Below, piece by piece: positions 38,001-47,450 of a stretch of DNA of 64,000 nt. Each line of letters opens with the position of its first letter. The first letter of the stretch is position 1. The notes beneath the pieces are model-generated. The model was not told the origin of the DNA. It did no database searches and saw only the letters and a program-made list of their open reading frames with translations. Both the position numbers and the translations under genes were made by a program. Source of the stretch: a virus; IMG/VR virus record IMGVR_UViG_3300045988_108174, one strand, 5' to 3'.

Positions 38001-41000
38001 AGCCTTGTTATTTGATTCGGTACGCGCCGACTGTTCCGATTCTACTTCATTCCAAAACCGATCATTGAACGACAGGTGACCTCCCAACATAAGTGTCTTC
38101 AGCGCAGCTTCTCCTCCCGACTCGCTCTGAATCGTTCTTAATTTTTGCAAAAACGATTCTGATACGGCATTGGTAACATTATTTGATTCCTTTCTCCAAA
38201 CTTCATTTATAGCTTGTATTTCTTTAGCCATCTTAAGTTGGTCGCCGGTTTTTTCCACTCTCCTGGTTCCTACATATATGTATTCTGAAGCTGCTTCCTT
38301 ACGTTGTTTACGAAGCAGTCCTTCTTCTTCGTAATTGCTGCTTTTAAAATAGGCAACTTCATCAAAATTACCACCGCTATCAATAAAAGGCTGCCTCAAT
38401 ATCCGCTTCTGCCGAGAAAGAGCATTAAGGTATTCTTTGGTTGTTTGAGAAACCGGATGCCCTAATTCTTCTTCAGCCTTTTTGTATATGGATTCCATTC
38501 TTGTGGCATAACTTTCGCTAAATTCCAGTTCCGAATTTTCAGCATCCCATTTTTCCATCTGTTCCGTATAGATTTTTTCCTGTTCGATAGTAAAAATATC
38601 GGTATTAACCCTATCGGACGACGGTTTAAATTTAGCGTTCTCAGTAACCGTATTTCCGTCCTTGTCAACTACTTCTCTTTTAAATACGTAATTACGGTTA
38701 TTGTCAACCACATCACCAATTTCTTCTTCTGATATCTCTATGTTCATGGCGGTCGCAAACGCTCGCATCTGCGCCAGCTTCTTATTACGATCGTATTTAG
38801 CCATATCAAGGGCACTACGAAGGTAATTAGAAGTTTTGCCGTCTACTTTCTGAAGCAGTTTTTCAAATTCAGATTTGTTAAAACCATGCTTTTTCGCATA
38901 TGCCAGGAAATCGGATATGGCGGGCTGGGCATTCACCATCGCATTGTAATTGTCTTTGGCAATCATCGCTCCAAGAGCGTTATTGAACGGGCTGGAAGAA
39001 TGCTCTAATATACCGAACCACCTACTTATCCAAGAAACATCGTGTTGAACCTTATCAAAGAACTCTTTTACTCTCTTTACCTTATCTGCCGGCACATGAA
39101 GTTCGTTCATTAACTTGTCAAGCAACGTACTTTCATCAAGATCTTGTACTGATTTAATATCAGACTGAATACCATTGATGTCGGCAATGACGGTATTGAT
39201 CCTATTTGTATAATCCTGCTTTTCATGTTCATCAAATTCGGTACTTCTGTTACGGATATATCCTCGAAGATCGTTCATGATCGGAAGAACCTGATTGTTG
39301 ATAATATCTACGTTCTTTCGATCATTGGTATTGAAGTGAAGCTTACCGTCTTTGGTATCACCATGAAGGATGGTGTTTACCACATTACTTAAGTATCTGA
39401 CCTGAGCTTCGGCTGTGGAGATCATGCTGTTCATGGCAGCCGCCATCTCATTCTTGTCTATTTCGGTCTCTACCTTATTTATCTTATCTTCTATGGTCTT
39501 AAGCTGAGCAAGAGTCATAGACGTAGTTACAGCCCTATCAGAGCTTATCTGACGTAAGTCTCTTAAGGTTTTTCTTAGTGATCTGATCTTAGACTCAAGA
39601 AACTTGTTCTTGTTCATAGAAGAAAGAGAGTATAATGTAAAATCATTATCCTTTAACAGAGAGGTGTCAAATCCTTTATCTATGTCGGTAATAGCAAGAT
39701 CGCGAATGTTTTTAATAACATTATTCAAATCTTGTCTTTGGGTAGATAAAGCTGATTTAAGCCAGCTTACTATTCCAGAGAGAAGCTGCCGGACGCGCCC
39801 CAGGAAGGAGGTGGGCTCTACCGGCGCCTGTGCTGTGCCGGTCTGCATCTCCCTGGCAAGGATCTTTCCAAGAATTTCTCTCCTAACAGCATTATCAAGC
39901 TCGGATCCTTCATATACCTTACCGTATGTATTATAATACTGACCTGCATACTGGTTCCACTCTTCCGTACCTTCTACATCTTGCAGAACAGCCTCAACAG
40001 CATTCTGATCTCTGTATGCCTCTACAAGGAAGTGGGATGTTTCTTCTACTAAATCAGATAAAGTAGCATCTTCACCAACTGCTATTACGTTATTGGCAAT
40101 ATCCGCCAATGCCTTAGCAGAAGGTTCATGCCCGTATTTGGTTTGGTACTTCTCTATATAATCGGTCATACCTATGACACTAACGCCAAGCGTTTTCAGT
40201 ATCTCGACAATAGAATTTCGTTGATCACGTTCCTGCCTGCTATAATCTGATACGATCTTAGCTTTAGTATCAGCATAAAGATCGTTGTCTTCTAATATGA
40301 ATGAAACTACAAGCGCATCAAAATGATCGTACTTGGCGTCCAATTCATTGTATCTTCCTGACTTAAGATCGTTCTTTATCTGCTCTTTGCTAACCCTTTC
40401 CGTTCCTCCGGTGGCGAGCCTCATAGTTACCTTACTATTATCCAACGAGCTTATGGTTATCATACCTTGGTCGTTCATGGAAACATCTGAACCAAAATGA
40501 TTACGGAGCTCGGTGTAGGATAAGGCTGAATTGAAAAGTCTAATTTGTCCTGTATGACCTTCTCCTGTAAGATAATAGCTTCTTGTTTCAGGATCGAATA
40601 TCTTAGATCCGGACAAAAGACCTTTCTTTATAAGGTAGTTAATTATACCACCTTTTGTTGATAAAGAAGTAGAAGCAGAAGCGGTCATGACCGGTATAAA
40701 AGATTTGGGATTATTAAGAACATACTTTCCAGCCTTGTAAGTAATGTCTGCCACGCCATCCACGGTAGATTCTTGAACGGTGCCTGATAAGAATCCTATT
40801 CTAATATCATTCCCGCCAGAGCGAAGAGCTTCTCCGTAATCTTCAAATAATTGACTACGATCGTTCATGAAAAACAAACGAGGCTCTCCGGTCTGATACG
40901 TTACACCCACAGGATTAGAATCTGTCTGTGGTAACTCTTCTGGGCTAAATATCTTAAGACCGTCTTTTATAACCATATAATTAACACCCTTATCCTGTAC

Positions 41001-41504
41001 CATAGATACGGGAGTGAAGTCCGAAGATATAGCATCTTGTAGATACTGCCCTGCGTCTATTCCCGGTCCTTCCGGTACGGAAATACTTGACGGGACCATA
41101 GCATCTACCAACATAATATTATCACCCAGATCTTGGCTGTAAAATCCAAAGCCCGATTCTCGGATTTCATAAGGTGCATCTGATTTTGACACAAGAACAG
41201 GGTTACTCATCTTAGAAGCCTTATCCAGCACCCTTTCCCTGTAGGCTTCTGGGATAAGATCGATGTTGGATTTTACCTTATTATAAGCCTGTTTGTTGAT
41301 AGGCACTCTCTTTCTCCAGTCGCCAAAAGCCTTTAAGAACTTGTTGGAAAATACGGTTTTAAAAACAGTAGTAGCCCGTTCCCTGTTCTCCATAAGGGGA
41401 ATAGATGCTATTTTATCAAACAACATAGACCTGTCCCCTGATCTGGTAGAGACAGAAACAACTTTCTTTTTATTATCTCTTTTAATAATACACGTTGATG
41501 TCAT
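35082..41504 (-). CDS. Giant 2140-aa virion-type protein of unknown function
   Basis: Single uninterrupted ORF; no recognised catalytic motif. Confidence 0.85.
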   Translation of the reverse strand: MTSTCIIKRDNKKKVVSVSTRSGDRSMLFDKIASIPLMENRERATTVFKTVFSNKFLKAFGDWRKRVPINKQAYNKVKSNIDLIPEAYRERVLDKASKMSNPVLVSKSDAPYEIRESGFGFYSQDLGDNIMLVDAMVPSSISVPEGPGIDAGQYLQDAISSDFTPVSMVQDKGVNYMVIKDGLKIFSPEELPQTDSNPVGVTYQTGEPRLFFMNDRSQLFEDYGEALRSGGNDIRIGFLSGTVQESTVDGVADITYKAGKYVLNNPKSFIPVMTASASTSLSTKGGIINYLIKKGLLSGSKIFDPETRSYYLTGEGHTGQIRLFNSALSYTELRNHFGSDVSMNDQGMITISSLDNSKVTMRLATGGTERVSKEQIKNDLKSGRYNELDAKYDHFDALVVSFILEDNDLYADTKAKIVSDYSRQERDQRNSIVEILKTLGVSVIGMTDYIEKYQTKYGHEPSAKALADIANNVIAVGEDATLSDLVEETSHFLVEAYRDQNAVEAVLQDVEGTEEWNQYAGQYYNTYGKVYEGSELDNAVRREILGKILAREMQTGTAQAPVEPTSFLGRVRQLLSGIVSWLKSALSTQRQDLNNVIKNIRDLAITDIDKGFDTSLLKDNDFTLYSLSSMNKNKFLESKIRSLRKTLRDLRQISSDRAVTTSMTLAQLKTIEDKINKVETEIDKNEMAAAMNSMISTAEAQVRYLSNVVNTILHGDTKDGKLHFNTNDRKNVDIINNQVLPIMNDLRGYIRNRSTEFDEHEKQDYTNRINTVIADINGIQSDIKSVQDLDESTLLDKLMNELHVPADKVKRVKEFFDKVQHDVSWISRWFGILEHSSSPFNNALGAMIAKDNYNAMVNAQPAISDFLAYAKKHGFNKSEFEKLLQKVDGKTSNYLRSALDMAKYDRNKKLAQMRAFATAMNIEISEEEIGDVVDNNRNYVFKREVVDKDGNTVTENAKFKPSSDRVNTDIFTIEQEKIYTEQMEKWDAENSELEFSESYATRMESIYKKAEEELGHPVSQTTKEYLNALSRQKRILRQPFIDSGGNFDEVAYFKSSNYEEEGLLRKQRKEAASEYIYVGTRRVEKTGDQLKMAKEIQAINEVWRKESNNVTNAVSESFLQKLRTIQSESGGEAALKTLMLGGHLSFNDRFWNEVESEQSARTESNNKASYLKMAHDIIGSTTSDKDATDVDSIVKDIEKNKAIIKEIIGNNRDVADIGEINEATFTLSERDAFRAASEAIEADYAILIDYAKMVGLEDIDKYLTKSSKAENEVNQSYLNALADSKEVEWKFVQRHTTAKKAKRIQALRDKLFKAADNRYLFTVSETNYLSEKLGISKELDGRDFRNAVNAKMASLFLNNTREEGVEEANAIVNEFARGQVFSYYKRMAPTGYAAMIDKIGRGEIDVAQMVKDVQNGTSTQDYGMNISYLSFDPARAWVAESEAENNGRNPDYVKDHGYGHRMPKKSLYRDESYFNDFGIKYDADGNEVATKNVEQWNMIQKLKEIKRQSLDLYKEQSPNLYAIPQISKQDIERIEGLGINFKNTVRNFVSDLCLDRVDDSLYGKTRQGEVYDPEDRLRSIPKYYIYELENQDDVSHDFGYSYSMLMMQSSLYNEKQKSIELAQGLEQMLLNKQFEGGKKAEATQAYQMFRDFFNDHYYGIRMNTKKLTVNIGGYTVDLTRIMMAVERFMSVMNLALSPFVAATGALTGHINLIMESAVGQYISKDSLKYASAEFSRLAPSCIAETGDIDRKSKLYVIGERMGIFNIRNRMYGAGYNRAARTLMRSPMYAFMKILNYPLDPQVMIATMDNVRYYKGRFYTFQDFKMEKERNKEQSTIKREWNALKDRTLWSMVDVVDGKVVVKPGSGVTVEEVETQMAITRNQVRSLSQICNGSLNEENRTAASRNWIARFMTAHRGWLVLAAQRLWKRRGFNFQTMQEEEGLSITLKNMIAKTFSLASESGMKNIIDAWNENKDNMDEVEKTNLKRLSVYAGTFLIMQAVSMLLAGWRDDDENEESWLTQFGSYVGFRTINEIASQMPFIMELNVVDIINDPFVMGRKLKDLTDLRNYSLDKVTSGTYKGESKLFRQLAKQTFIKQWYNIKTPEDVARAYNWWQQTNNKSMMFFIGATPDSEGDDDVSYK

Positions 41505-41564
41505 AGTAAAACATTTTTGTTATGAGACAAAGGTAGTTAAAAATCAAGCATATCATAGAAAATA

Positions 41565-41594
41565 AAGCCATCTAACTTCTCAGTCTGATGGCTT
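41565..41594 (-). terminator. Hairpin aagccatc/gatggctt followed on the - strand by ttattttct
   Basis: Downstream of - gene 41648..41971. Confidence 0.5.
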
Positions 41595-41647
41595 AAAAAT
41601 GATATGAAAAAAAAAATATAATCTGACGAAAAATCGTCAAGTTCAGC

Positions 41648-41971
41648 TTATATGTAATGCATGTACCCATCTCGGTGAATAAACCTTCCCGATTCAAAGC
41701 GCTCAATATCTTCAGGGCAAATAGGGTCCGAATCCTCTCTCCTGGCTTCAAACCAAAGCCCCGGCTTACGAAGTCGGCAAGTTATGATATAGTTAAAGCA
41801 ATTGTGCGTAAAATGGAAAACAGATCCTACAGGGAAATACCTATCAGCTTGAAATACGATTCTTTTTCGTTTAGTATCAAACGTGATATCTCCTACTATC
41901 TTAGCCACGTAATAGCTTCTGCCATTTAACGTTTCATCTGTTTGTGGTATCCAATAATAACCTCTTGCCAT
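41648..41971 (-). CDS. Hypothetical protein (accessory island)
   Basis: 107 aa. Confidence 0.5.
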   Translation of the reverse strand: MARGYYWIPQTDETLNGRSYYVAKIVGDITFDTKRKRIVFQADRYFPVGSVFHFTHNCFNYIITCRLRKPGLWFEARREDSDPICPEDIERFESGRFIHRDGYMHYI

Positions 41972-42009
41972 GCCACAAATATATGAAAAAGTCGGATAAC
42001 TTACGTACC

Positions 42010-42321
42010 CTACTCTATTATTTGTTTAAATAGTCCAATTTCATCTATTTTGACATGACCGCTTTGCATACGACCATTATTAGGATTATGTAGAAAATTG
42101 AAACCACTTTCTTTTTCCTGTCTTTCAAAAGAGCTGATATCCTTTCCTCTACGGGCTCTTTCAAAAGCTTTATTGAACAACTTGCCTCTAAAGGTCTTGA
42201 CGAGGATCTTGGTAGAGTTATTGCCGGCTCTTACCATTGCTTTCCTTGCCCGGTCCTCCGAGACAAAACTGCTTCGGAAAATATACGATGCTGCTGCTTG
42301 TATATCTTGTTTAGTAATCAT
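42010..42321 (-). CDS. Hypothetical basic protein
   Basis: 103 aa. Confidence 0.5.
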   Translation of the reverse strand: MITKQDIQAAASYIFRSSFVSEDRARKAMVRAGNNSTKILVKTFRGKLFNKAFERARRGKDISSFERQEKESGFNFLHNPNNGRMQSGHVKIDEIGLFKQIIE

Positions 42322-42671
42322 ATGCCAAACATTCCTTTCAAGATACTATTTTTTATACTATATATCAATTTCATCTCATCTCTATCATATACGCCAAAAA
42401 AGGATTCACTGGGGTCCTTTGGATTTACGCTCAGTTGAATTATACAATTGTAAAGATAGACCTTAAGTTCATAATTATCAGAGTATCTATCCCGTATGGT
42501 TTCAAATGTCTTAATTAATTCTTCAACAAGTACTCTGCTAAATGAAAAAGGTTCTCTACAATTACCTTTAAATATGATATGATTTAAATCATTGGTATTA
42601 TCAAATTCGTACTCTACCCGACTGTCGTCCATCATATCATAAGTGATTGACTTTTTGATTTTAAACCCCAT
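42318..42671 (-). CDS. Hypothetical protein
   Basis: 117 aa; ATGA coupling. Confidence 0.5.
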   Translation of the reverse strand: MGFKIKKSITYDMMDDSRVEYEFDNTNDLNHIIFKGNCREPFSFSRVLVEELIKTFETIRDRYSDNYELKVYLYNCIIQLSVNPKDPSESFFGVYDRDEMKLIYSIKNSILKGMFGI

Positions 42672-42688
42672 GTTGTTTTGTTTTTTAG

Positions 42689-42994
42689 TTAATATAGATC
42701 TTCTGAATACAATTGTTCTCTAATGGCACTCCTATCTACTACCATTTCCTGATTATTGCTCTTAACAAGTTCAGATGCCTCCTCTCTTGTTAGAAACCGA
42801 TTCTTGCTTGTCAAAAATCCTTGAACACTGCGGTTTTTATGGGCTATACCGTATGCCGCAAGTTGAGATAGTATAGAGGGGTGTCTCAATCCACAGAACA
42901 CGGTGCCGGATGGTATATTGGTGGGCTGATAGGGACGTTTCTTGTCGTCCTGCACCCAGATGGCCGCGCATATCACGATTTCTTTATTACACAT
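42689..42994 (-). CDS. Hypothetical protein (motif ICAAIW...GLRH)
   Basis: 101 aa. Confidence 0.5.
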   Translation of the reverse strand: MCNKEIVICAAIWVQDDKKRPYQPTNIPSGTVFCGLRHPSILSQLAAYGIAHKNRSVQGFLTSKNRFLTREEASELVKSNNQEMVVDRSAIREQLYSEDLY

Positions 42995-42996
42995 GA

Positions 42997-43272
42997 CTAT
43001 AAATTTAATATTCCGTTTTTACCAATATGCTTCTTTTCTTCTTCAGTAGGCCATTCTTTCTTGAACTTACCGTGCCACGTTCCAGGAACTACCACCACTT
43101 CGCCTCCCTTACTATATTCAATAGCGGCACATTCAGAACAAAGAGGCTTGCCTTCATATCCCTTTAGCGACTTATCGTAAATACGATTCTTACAAGGTCT
43201 TATAAGAGCCCAGTAATATGATGTGGCTGTATTATCTATACAGCCACATTTTGAACATACAAACAAACTCAT
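42997..43272 (-). CDS. Zinc-ribbon protein
   Basis: CSKCGC...CSEC. Confidence 0.5.
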   Translation of the reverse strand: MSLFVCSKCGCIDNTATSYYWALIRPCKNRIYDKSLKGYEGKPLCSECAAIEYSKGGEVVVVPGTWHGKFKKEWPTEEEKKHIGKNGILNL

Positions 43273-44048
43273 CCCGCAATCTCCCAGTCATTAGACATAA
43301 TATCATGTTCGGTTGGATTCCAATTTGATGCTACTTTTTGACCTGTATCTACCATCAATATATTTACGTCAGACATACAGATATACTTTTTACCCCAATC
43401 GATTCTTTTTATCTTACGACCTAATTTAAGCCGTTGTAAAGCCTGTTCGAATGTCATGCCACGACGAGGCAGTTTGAGATACTTTTTAAGTCTGTCGGCA
43501 GCTTCATTTGGTGTATGGCCATCGTATTCGAAAGCGGTTTCTCTTTCAGGAACATCAAACAAATCCCAGTATTTGCTTTCATAGTGATTAGATACCTGAC
43601 CGGTAGGTAGGATCGCCATCACAATAAACCAATCATCAGAACCGAAGCATTTTTCTCCGTCGCTGTGTCTCCTTGATTTGCAAACTTCAACCTGTCCGCT
43701 TCTGGCTAATAGATTAAAGAAGGCAGCGTCATACAATATGCGATACCTATACAATTCATTGAAAGTGTGGTATCCGTCAGAGACTTCTCCCACGTCTACA
43801 GGCTTCTTGTTTTGAATACTACCCAAAATATTCTCTATATAGAGCTGTATTTTATACATACCCATTTCGGTGTGGCCGTATTTGTTCAAGATATTATTGA
43901 CATCGTATTGTATATTAAAATCTTTTTCAAATTCTACTTCAGGATGATTCGGATAGAAGTAGTCCACTGATGCTTCTAACACTGACTTTACGTGTTCTAT
44001 TATCCTCGCAACATCATCATGTTTAAAAAAAATGCTTAAATCTTTCAA
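43269..44048 (-). CDS. Two-domain protein: N-terminal domain of unknown function fused to C-terminal DUF2829 (Tad2-like) domain
   Basis: C-terminus MTFEQALQRLKLGRKIKRIDWGKKYI...WNPTEHDIMSNDWEI matches the DUF2829 pattern M-F-EAL-ALK-GKKV-R-GW....W-P...D--A-DWE. Confidence 0.6.
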   Translation of the reverse strand: MKDLSIFFKHDDVARIIEHVKSVLEASVDYFYPNHPEVEFEKDFNIQYDVNNILNKYGHTEMGMYKIQLYIENILGSIQNKKPVDVGEVSDGYHTFNELYRYRILYDAAFFNLLARSGQVEVCKSRRHSDGEKCFGSDDWFIVMAILPTGQVSNHYESKYWDLFDVPERETAFEYDGHTPNEAADRLKKYLKLPRRGMTFEQALQRLKLGRKIKRIDWGKKYICMSDVNILMVDTGQKVASNWNPTEHDIMSNDWEIAG

Positions 44049-44150
44049 CGAATTTAATATCTTCGTTGATTGCTGATTCGAACTCTTCTTTTGTCATCAC
44101 TCTAATTACATCTTTTTTTTAAATCGTCTAATCCCATGATTTATTTTAAA

Positions 44151-44471
44151 TTAGTTGTTATTATACTTTTTTATCCTACAATACAAATCCAATAAGAACT
44201 CAGCAGAAAAACCATCCCATGCATTATTCTGCCAAATATCTACTTTGTTAATAAACCAAAACCATGTGGGACCCTCATATGAAGAATCAGATGATGATCC
44301 CAATCCGATTTTCTCCATTTCATTCGCCACATCAGAATAAGGATCTAAAATGACTCCCCTAATCATGTTAATAATATCATCCTTGTCTAACATAAATTGA
44401 AACCGCTCCTTGTTAGTAGGCGGATCTTGATTCAATTTACCAGTCGCAAGCCATTCTCCATCATGATACAA
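44151..44471 (-). CDS. Hypothetical protein
   Basis: 106 aa. Confidence 0.5.
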   Translation of the reverse strand: MYHDGEWLATGKLNQDPPTNKERFQFMLDKDDIINMIRGVILDPYSDVANEMEKIGLGSSSDSSYEGPTWFWFINKVDIWQNNAWDGFSAEFLLDLYCRIKKYNNN

Positions 44472-44485
44472 TTCGGCAAGTTTCT

Positions 44486-44791
44486 TTACCTTATTTTTAA
44501 GAAAGAATACTCTTGTATGACTTCTATAAAATCAGCTTCGTTAGCTTTACCTTCTATAAAGATAACGGTTTTGCTTCCAGGTCTATGATCGTCTAAGCTT
44601 GCCGGGATTCCTAATATCGTCCATCCTTTAAACTCAGCTATCTTAAAACGCATGACATCAAACACCTTATAAAAATCATCACAATCTACAGATTCTATTA
44701 CCTTAACATCCTCTTCCGTAAATTTACCTCGTATTGAAATAACATGATGACCAGGGCAGCCATCGGTTCCGAAATATGCGATTCTAACCAC
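44486..44791 (-). CDS. Hypothetical protein (motif YFGTDGCPGHH)
   Basis: 101 aa. Confidence 0.5.
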   Translation of the reverse strand: MVRIAYFGTDGCPGHHVISIRGKFTEEDVKVIESVDCDDFYKVFDVMRFKIAEFKGWTILGIPASLDDHRPGSKTVIFIEGKANEADFIEVIQEYSFLKIR

Positions 44792-44811
44792 GATATTTAC
44801 AATATTTTAAT

Positions 44812-45027
44812 TTATTTTGCTAAAACATTCATATAACATGGCACATCTACCACATCTCTTCTACGAAGTCCCTTATCAAAATAAGAAACTATATAAGTGT
44901 TTTTACCTTCGTGATCAGGCCTGGGATCGAAACATTCAAAAACGAATCTTGTTACACCTTCCAAATGACCAAGCATGAAAACAAATTCGCCACCGTATCT
45001 TTTATTAGCTAATTCTTCTACGGTCAT
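44812..45027 (-). CDS. Hypothetical protein
   Basis: 71 aa. Confidence 0.45.
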   Translation of the reverse strand: MTVEELANKRYGGEFVFMLGHLEGVTRFVFECFDPRPDHEGKNTYIVSYFDKGLRRRDVVDVPCYMNVLAK

Positions 45028-45251
45028 AATCTGTCCCCTCCTAATCCTGAATTGATGCTAACGTACTTAACACGGACATCATTTCCACGTCCAAGCTGAC
45101 CCCAGCCGGGCGATGGCGTTCCCTTGGCCGGAGCAGGGACAGCCCTAAGCCGAGACCAGTCCTGCTTTTGCCTCATGGCTTCAGCCTCTTTGTAATACCG
45201 GTTACACAGTTCTTGATCTTCGTAACCAACGTAATCTTCCTTATTTTCCAT
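45024..45251 (-). CDS. Hypothetical protein, first gene of the island
   Basis: 75 aa; ATGA coupling. Confidence 0.45.
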   Translation of the reverse strand: MENKEDYVGYEDQELCNRYYKEAEAMRQKQDWSRLRAVPAPAKGTPSPGWGQLGRGNDVRVKYVSINSGLGGDRL

Positions 45252-45331
45252 ATAGAATACTTTTTCAACAAAAGTACGACATTCATGAATTAATTAGATT
45301 TAAAATAAAACAATATGAATTAAAATAAAAA

Positions 45332-45356
45332 CCCGATACGTTAAAATCGCATCGGG
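45332..45356 (-). terminator. Hairpin cccgat/atcggg followed on the - strand by tttttatttt
   Basis: Ends the 45.7-45.3 kb minus-strand unit. Confidence 0.5.
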
Positions 45357-45379
45357 CCCGGTATTGAAAAAAAATAGGT

Positions 45380-45556
45380 TCAGATCTTGGGTAAAGATTC
45401 GAGCCAATTTTTAACATCTTTATATTTAGGGTCTTTGTCTATTCTATCTTTCAGTTCATGCAATGCTGAGTCCATAACCGTATTCGGTACGCCAATCAAC
45501 TCTCCTATTAAATACAATGGGGTTTTATTCGATTTAGATTCGTGTGCTATATTCAT
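45380..45556 (-). CDS. Hypothetical 58-aa protein
   Basis: Below the ORF-track cutoff; followed by the terminator at 45332. Confidence 0.3.
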   Translation of the reverse strand: MNIAHESKSNKTPLYLIGELIGVPNTVMDSALHELKDRIDKDPKYKDVKNWLESLPKI

Positions 45557-45719
45557 GTCAAAAAAAAGTTATGTGAAACAAACCGGCCACGGGTATTCTA
45601 TTGCCCGCCGACCGGTATAATATTTTTATTCTTTTTTTTCCAAACGGGAAAAACGGGAATGCGGGAATCATATTTTTTACTATGGCTCCCGCACCACCGG
45701 AAGGACCTGGATCTGGATC

Positions 45720-46013
45720 TCAGGTCAGATCCTTCCAGTTTATTTTTTCGCCGAGGTAATCTTGCACGGCAAGCCATCTTATAAAGGCTACTCCTTCGGG
45801 AGCATCCGGATCATCCAAATACATTAACGTAGCTTTCACCAACTCGTTCTCACATTTGAAGACCTTCGGAAAACCATCCGAATAGTACATTGCAAAGACA
45901 TATTGGACATCGCCCCATGTCGCTTTATCCGGCTTCTTCGCTCCGCACTTTTCAAAAATATCTTTTATTTCCGGCTGCTTCCAGATCCTCTTGGATCCAT
46001 CGACGTTGACCAT
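45720..46013 (-). CDS. Hypothetical protein
   Basis: 97 aa. Confidence 0.5.
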   Translation of the reverse strand: MVNVDGSKRIWKQPEIKDIFEKCGAKKPDKATWGDVQYVFAMYYSDGFPKVFKCENELVKATLMYLDDPDAPEGVAFIRWLAVQDYLGEKINWKDLT

Positions 46014-46106
46014 CTTCTTTACCGCCTCATCAGCAAGAGCATTAGAAAAATGGTAGCCGTAAGTATCTACATATTTCTGATAAGCTGGATCCTCTGCGTC
46101 TGCTCC

Positions 46107-46484
46107 TCAATAAGAACGACCTCTGCCACGTCCGCGACCTCTACGCATCTGAGGTCCGTCACCGTAGTATCTGTCGTCTCCATAGTAATCGGTCGGGTAG
46201 GATTCGTAACCCATCCTCCGGTATTCCCGGTCCTCCATTTCATGACGACGTTCGCGCTCTTCGAGCCTTCTTTCCCTTTCTTCCAGCTCGTTTTCGCGTT
46301 CTTCCATTTCCTTCATCTTCTCATGCATACCGTAATGATCATAAGGAGGAAGGAACCCATGTCCGTACTCCATGTACGTCCCATCAGAACGACGGCTTCT
46401 GCCTCTGCCTCCACCTCGCCTGTCTTCTATCTCATCATATCCAGGATATTCTCTGTGTCCTGAATTTAAATCATATACTATCAT
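46107..46484 (-). CDS. Low-complexity RG/RGG- and RE-rich protein
   Basis: RRGGGRGRSRR...EERENELEERERRLEERERRHEMEDREYRR...RRGRGRGRGRSY. Confidence 0.5.
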   Translation of the reverse strand: MIVYDLNSGHREYPGYDEIEDRRGGGRGRSRRSDGTYMEYGHGFLPPYDHYGMHEKMKEMEERENELEERERRLEERERRHEMEDREYRRMGYESYPTDYYGDDRYYGDGPQMRRGRGRGRGRSY

Positions 46485-46491
46485 ATTATAC

Positions 46492-46986
46492 TTATTTCAA
46501 ACGTTCTACAATTAACTTCTTTAAATCTTCGAATGAATCAGTAAGGTCATTCGCCTTATTTTCTATACCAGCTATTTTACGATCCTGCTCTCTCGTTTGT
46601 TTGAATGCCGGATTGATGTCTTCTAATATAGATTCACAAGCCTCTATCTTGGCACGATGGGTATCTACGCTGTCTATTATGTCTTGACTGGTGCTTTTTA
46701 TAGCATTCAGTTCGTTCATAATCGGATCTATGCTGGTAGATAATGTTATACCCATAGCCTTAGCCACATTCTGGGATTCCGGGACCGTATAGGTCTTGGT
46801 TTCGCCAGTGAGCTCTACCGTCAGATCCACCACGCGGGTCTGCATCGCCTGATACTGACCCGGCTGAGGAGGAAGATACCTGGGTTCGGATACGGCTACT
46901 ACCTTTCCCAATTCGTATTTAGGTACTGTATTAGTATCAAGGGTATGTACCTGAAACCCCTTCTTCAAATCTGAAAACATGATCAA
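46492..46986 (-). CDS. Hypothetical protein
   Basis: 164 aa. Confidence 0.55.
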   Translation of the reverse strand: MIMFSDLKKGFQVHTLDTNTVPKYELGKVVAVSEPRYLPPQPGQYQAMQTRVVDLTVELTGETKTYTVPESQNVAKAMGITLSTSIDPIMNELNAIKSTSQDIIDSVDTHRAKIEACESILEDINPAFKQTREQDRKIAGIENKANDLTDSFEDLKKLIVERLK

Positions 46987-47036
46987 AATATTATTTAGGT
47001 GAAAATAGGGTGATGATCTCCATCACCCTACTGAAA

Positions 47037-47450
47037 TCATTTACCTGCTTTAACTTCAGACGCCTGGGCTGCCGCTACTGGAACACAGCAATCCATTAAT
47101 CTTAACACGCCACGAACTTTATTGAAGTACAGAAGGCGTTCTGTGCCATTTACCATAGCAGCACCCGTTACAGCTACGTTAATAGGGTTCACGACATTCA
47201 CTCCCGTAACCGAGCAACAGGTGTCGGCTCCTACTGTTGAAACTGTGCTGTTTGCCGGGACCGCAATCTGTACCGGTAGAGCACTTCCGGCTGTGGGGAC
47301 TACTTGCCTTATCTTAAGAAGGATAAGACCCTCACACGGAAGGGCGATCCAAGCCCGTGGGTTAATACCGAAGATTGTATTTGTCGTACTGACAATAACA
47401 TTCTTCGTAACCATCTCATACAACGATCCTATTTTAGAAACACAAGCCAT
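47037..47450 (-). CDS. Hypothetical protein with strong SD (GGAGG); possibly abundant structural component
   Basis: 137 aa; rich in V/T/A/N; RBS gagaGGAGGctaatATG. Confidence 0.55.
   Translation of the reverse strand: MACVSKIGSLYEMVTKNVIVSTTNTIFGINPRAWIALPCEGLILLKIRQVVPTAGSALPVQIAVPANSTVSTVGADTCCSVTGVNVVNPINVAVTGAAMVNGTERLLYFNKVRGVLRLMDCCVPVAAAQASEVKAGK

Noticed and set aside
35445-40000. Plus-strand ORFs 35445..35669, 35551..35739, 35694..35963, 36178..36381, 36981..37436, 37873..38079, 39604..39936 inside the 2140-aa gene
   Set aside because: These are antisense to a long continuous ORF, short, and of odd composition. They are shadow ORFs.
33795-41504. Diversity-generating retroelement targeting the fibre-like genes
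   Set aside because: There is no reverse transcriptase and no template/variable repeat pair in the window.
45387-45784. Plus-strand ORFs 45387..45620 and 45542..45784
   Set aside because: They lie in a minus-strand intergenic or promoter region and overlap a better minus-strand small ORF and terminator. Composition is atypical.
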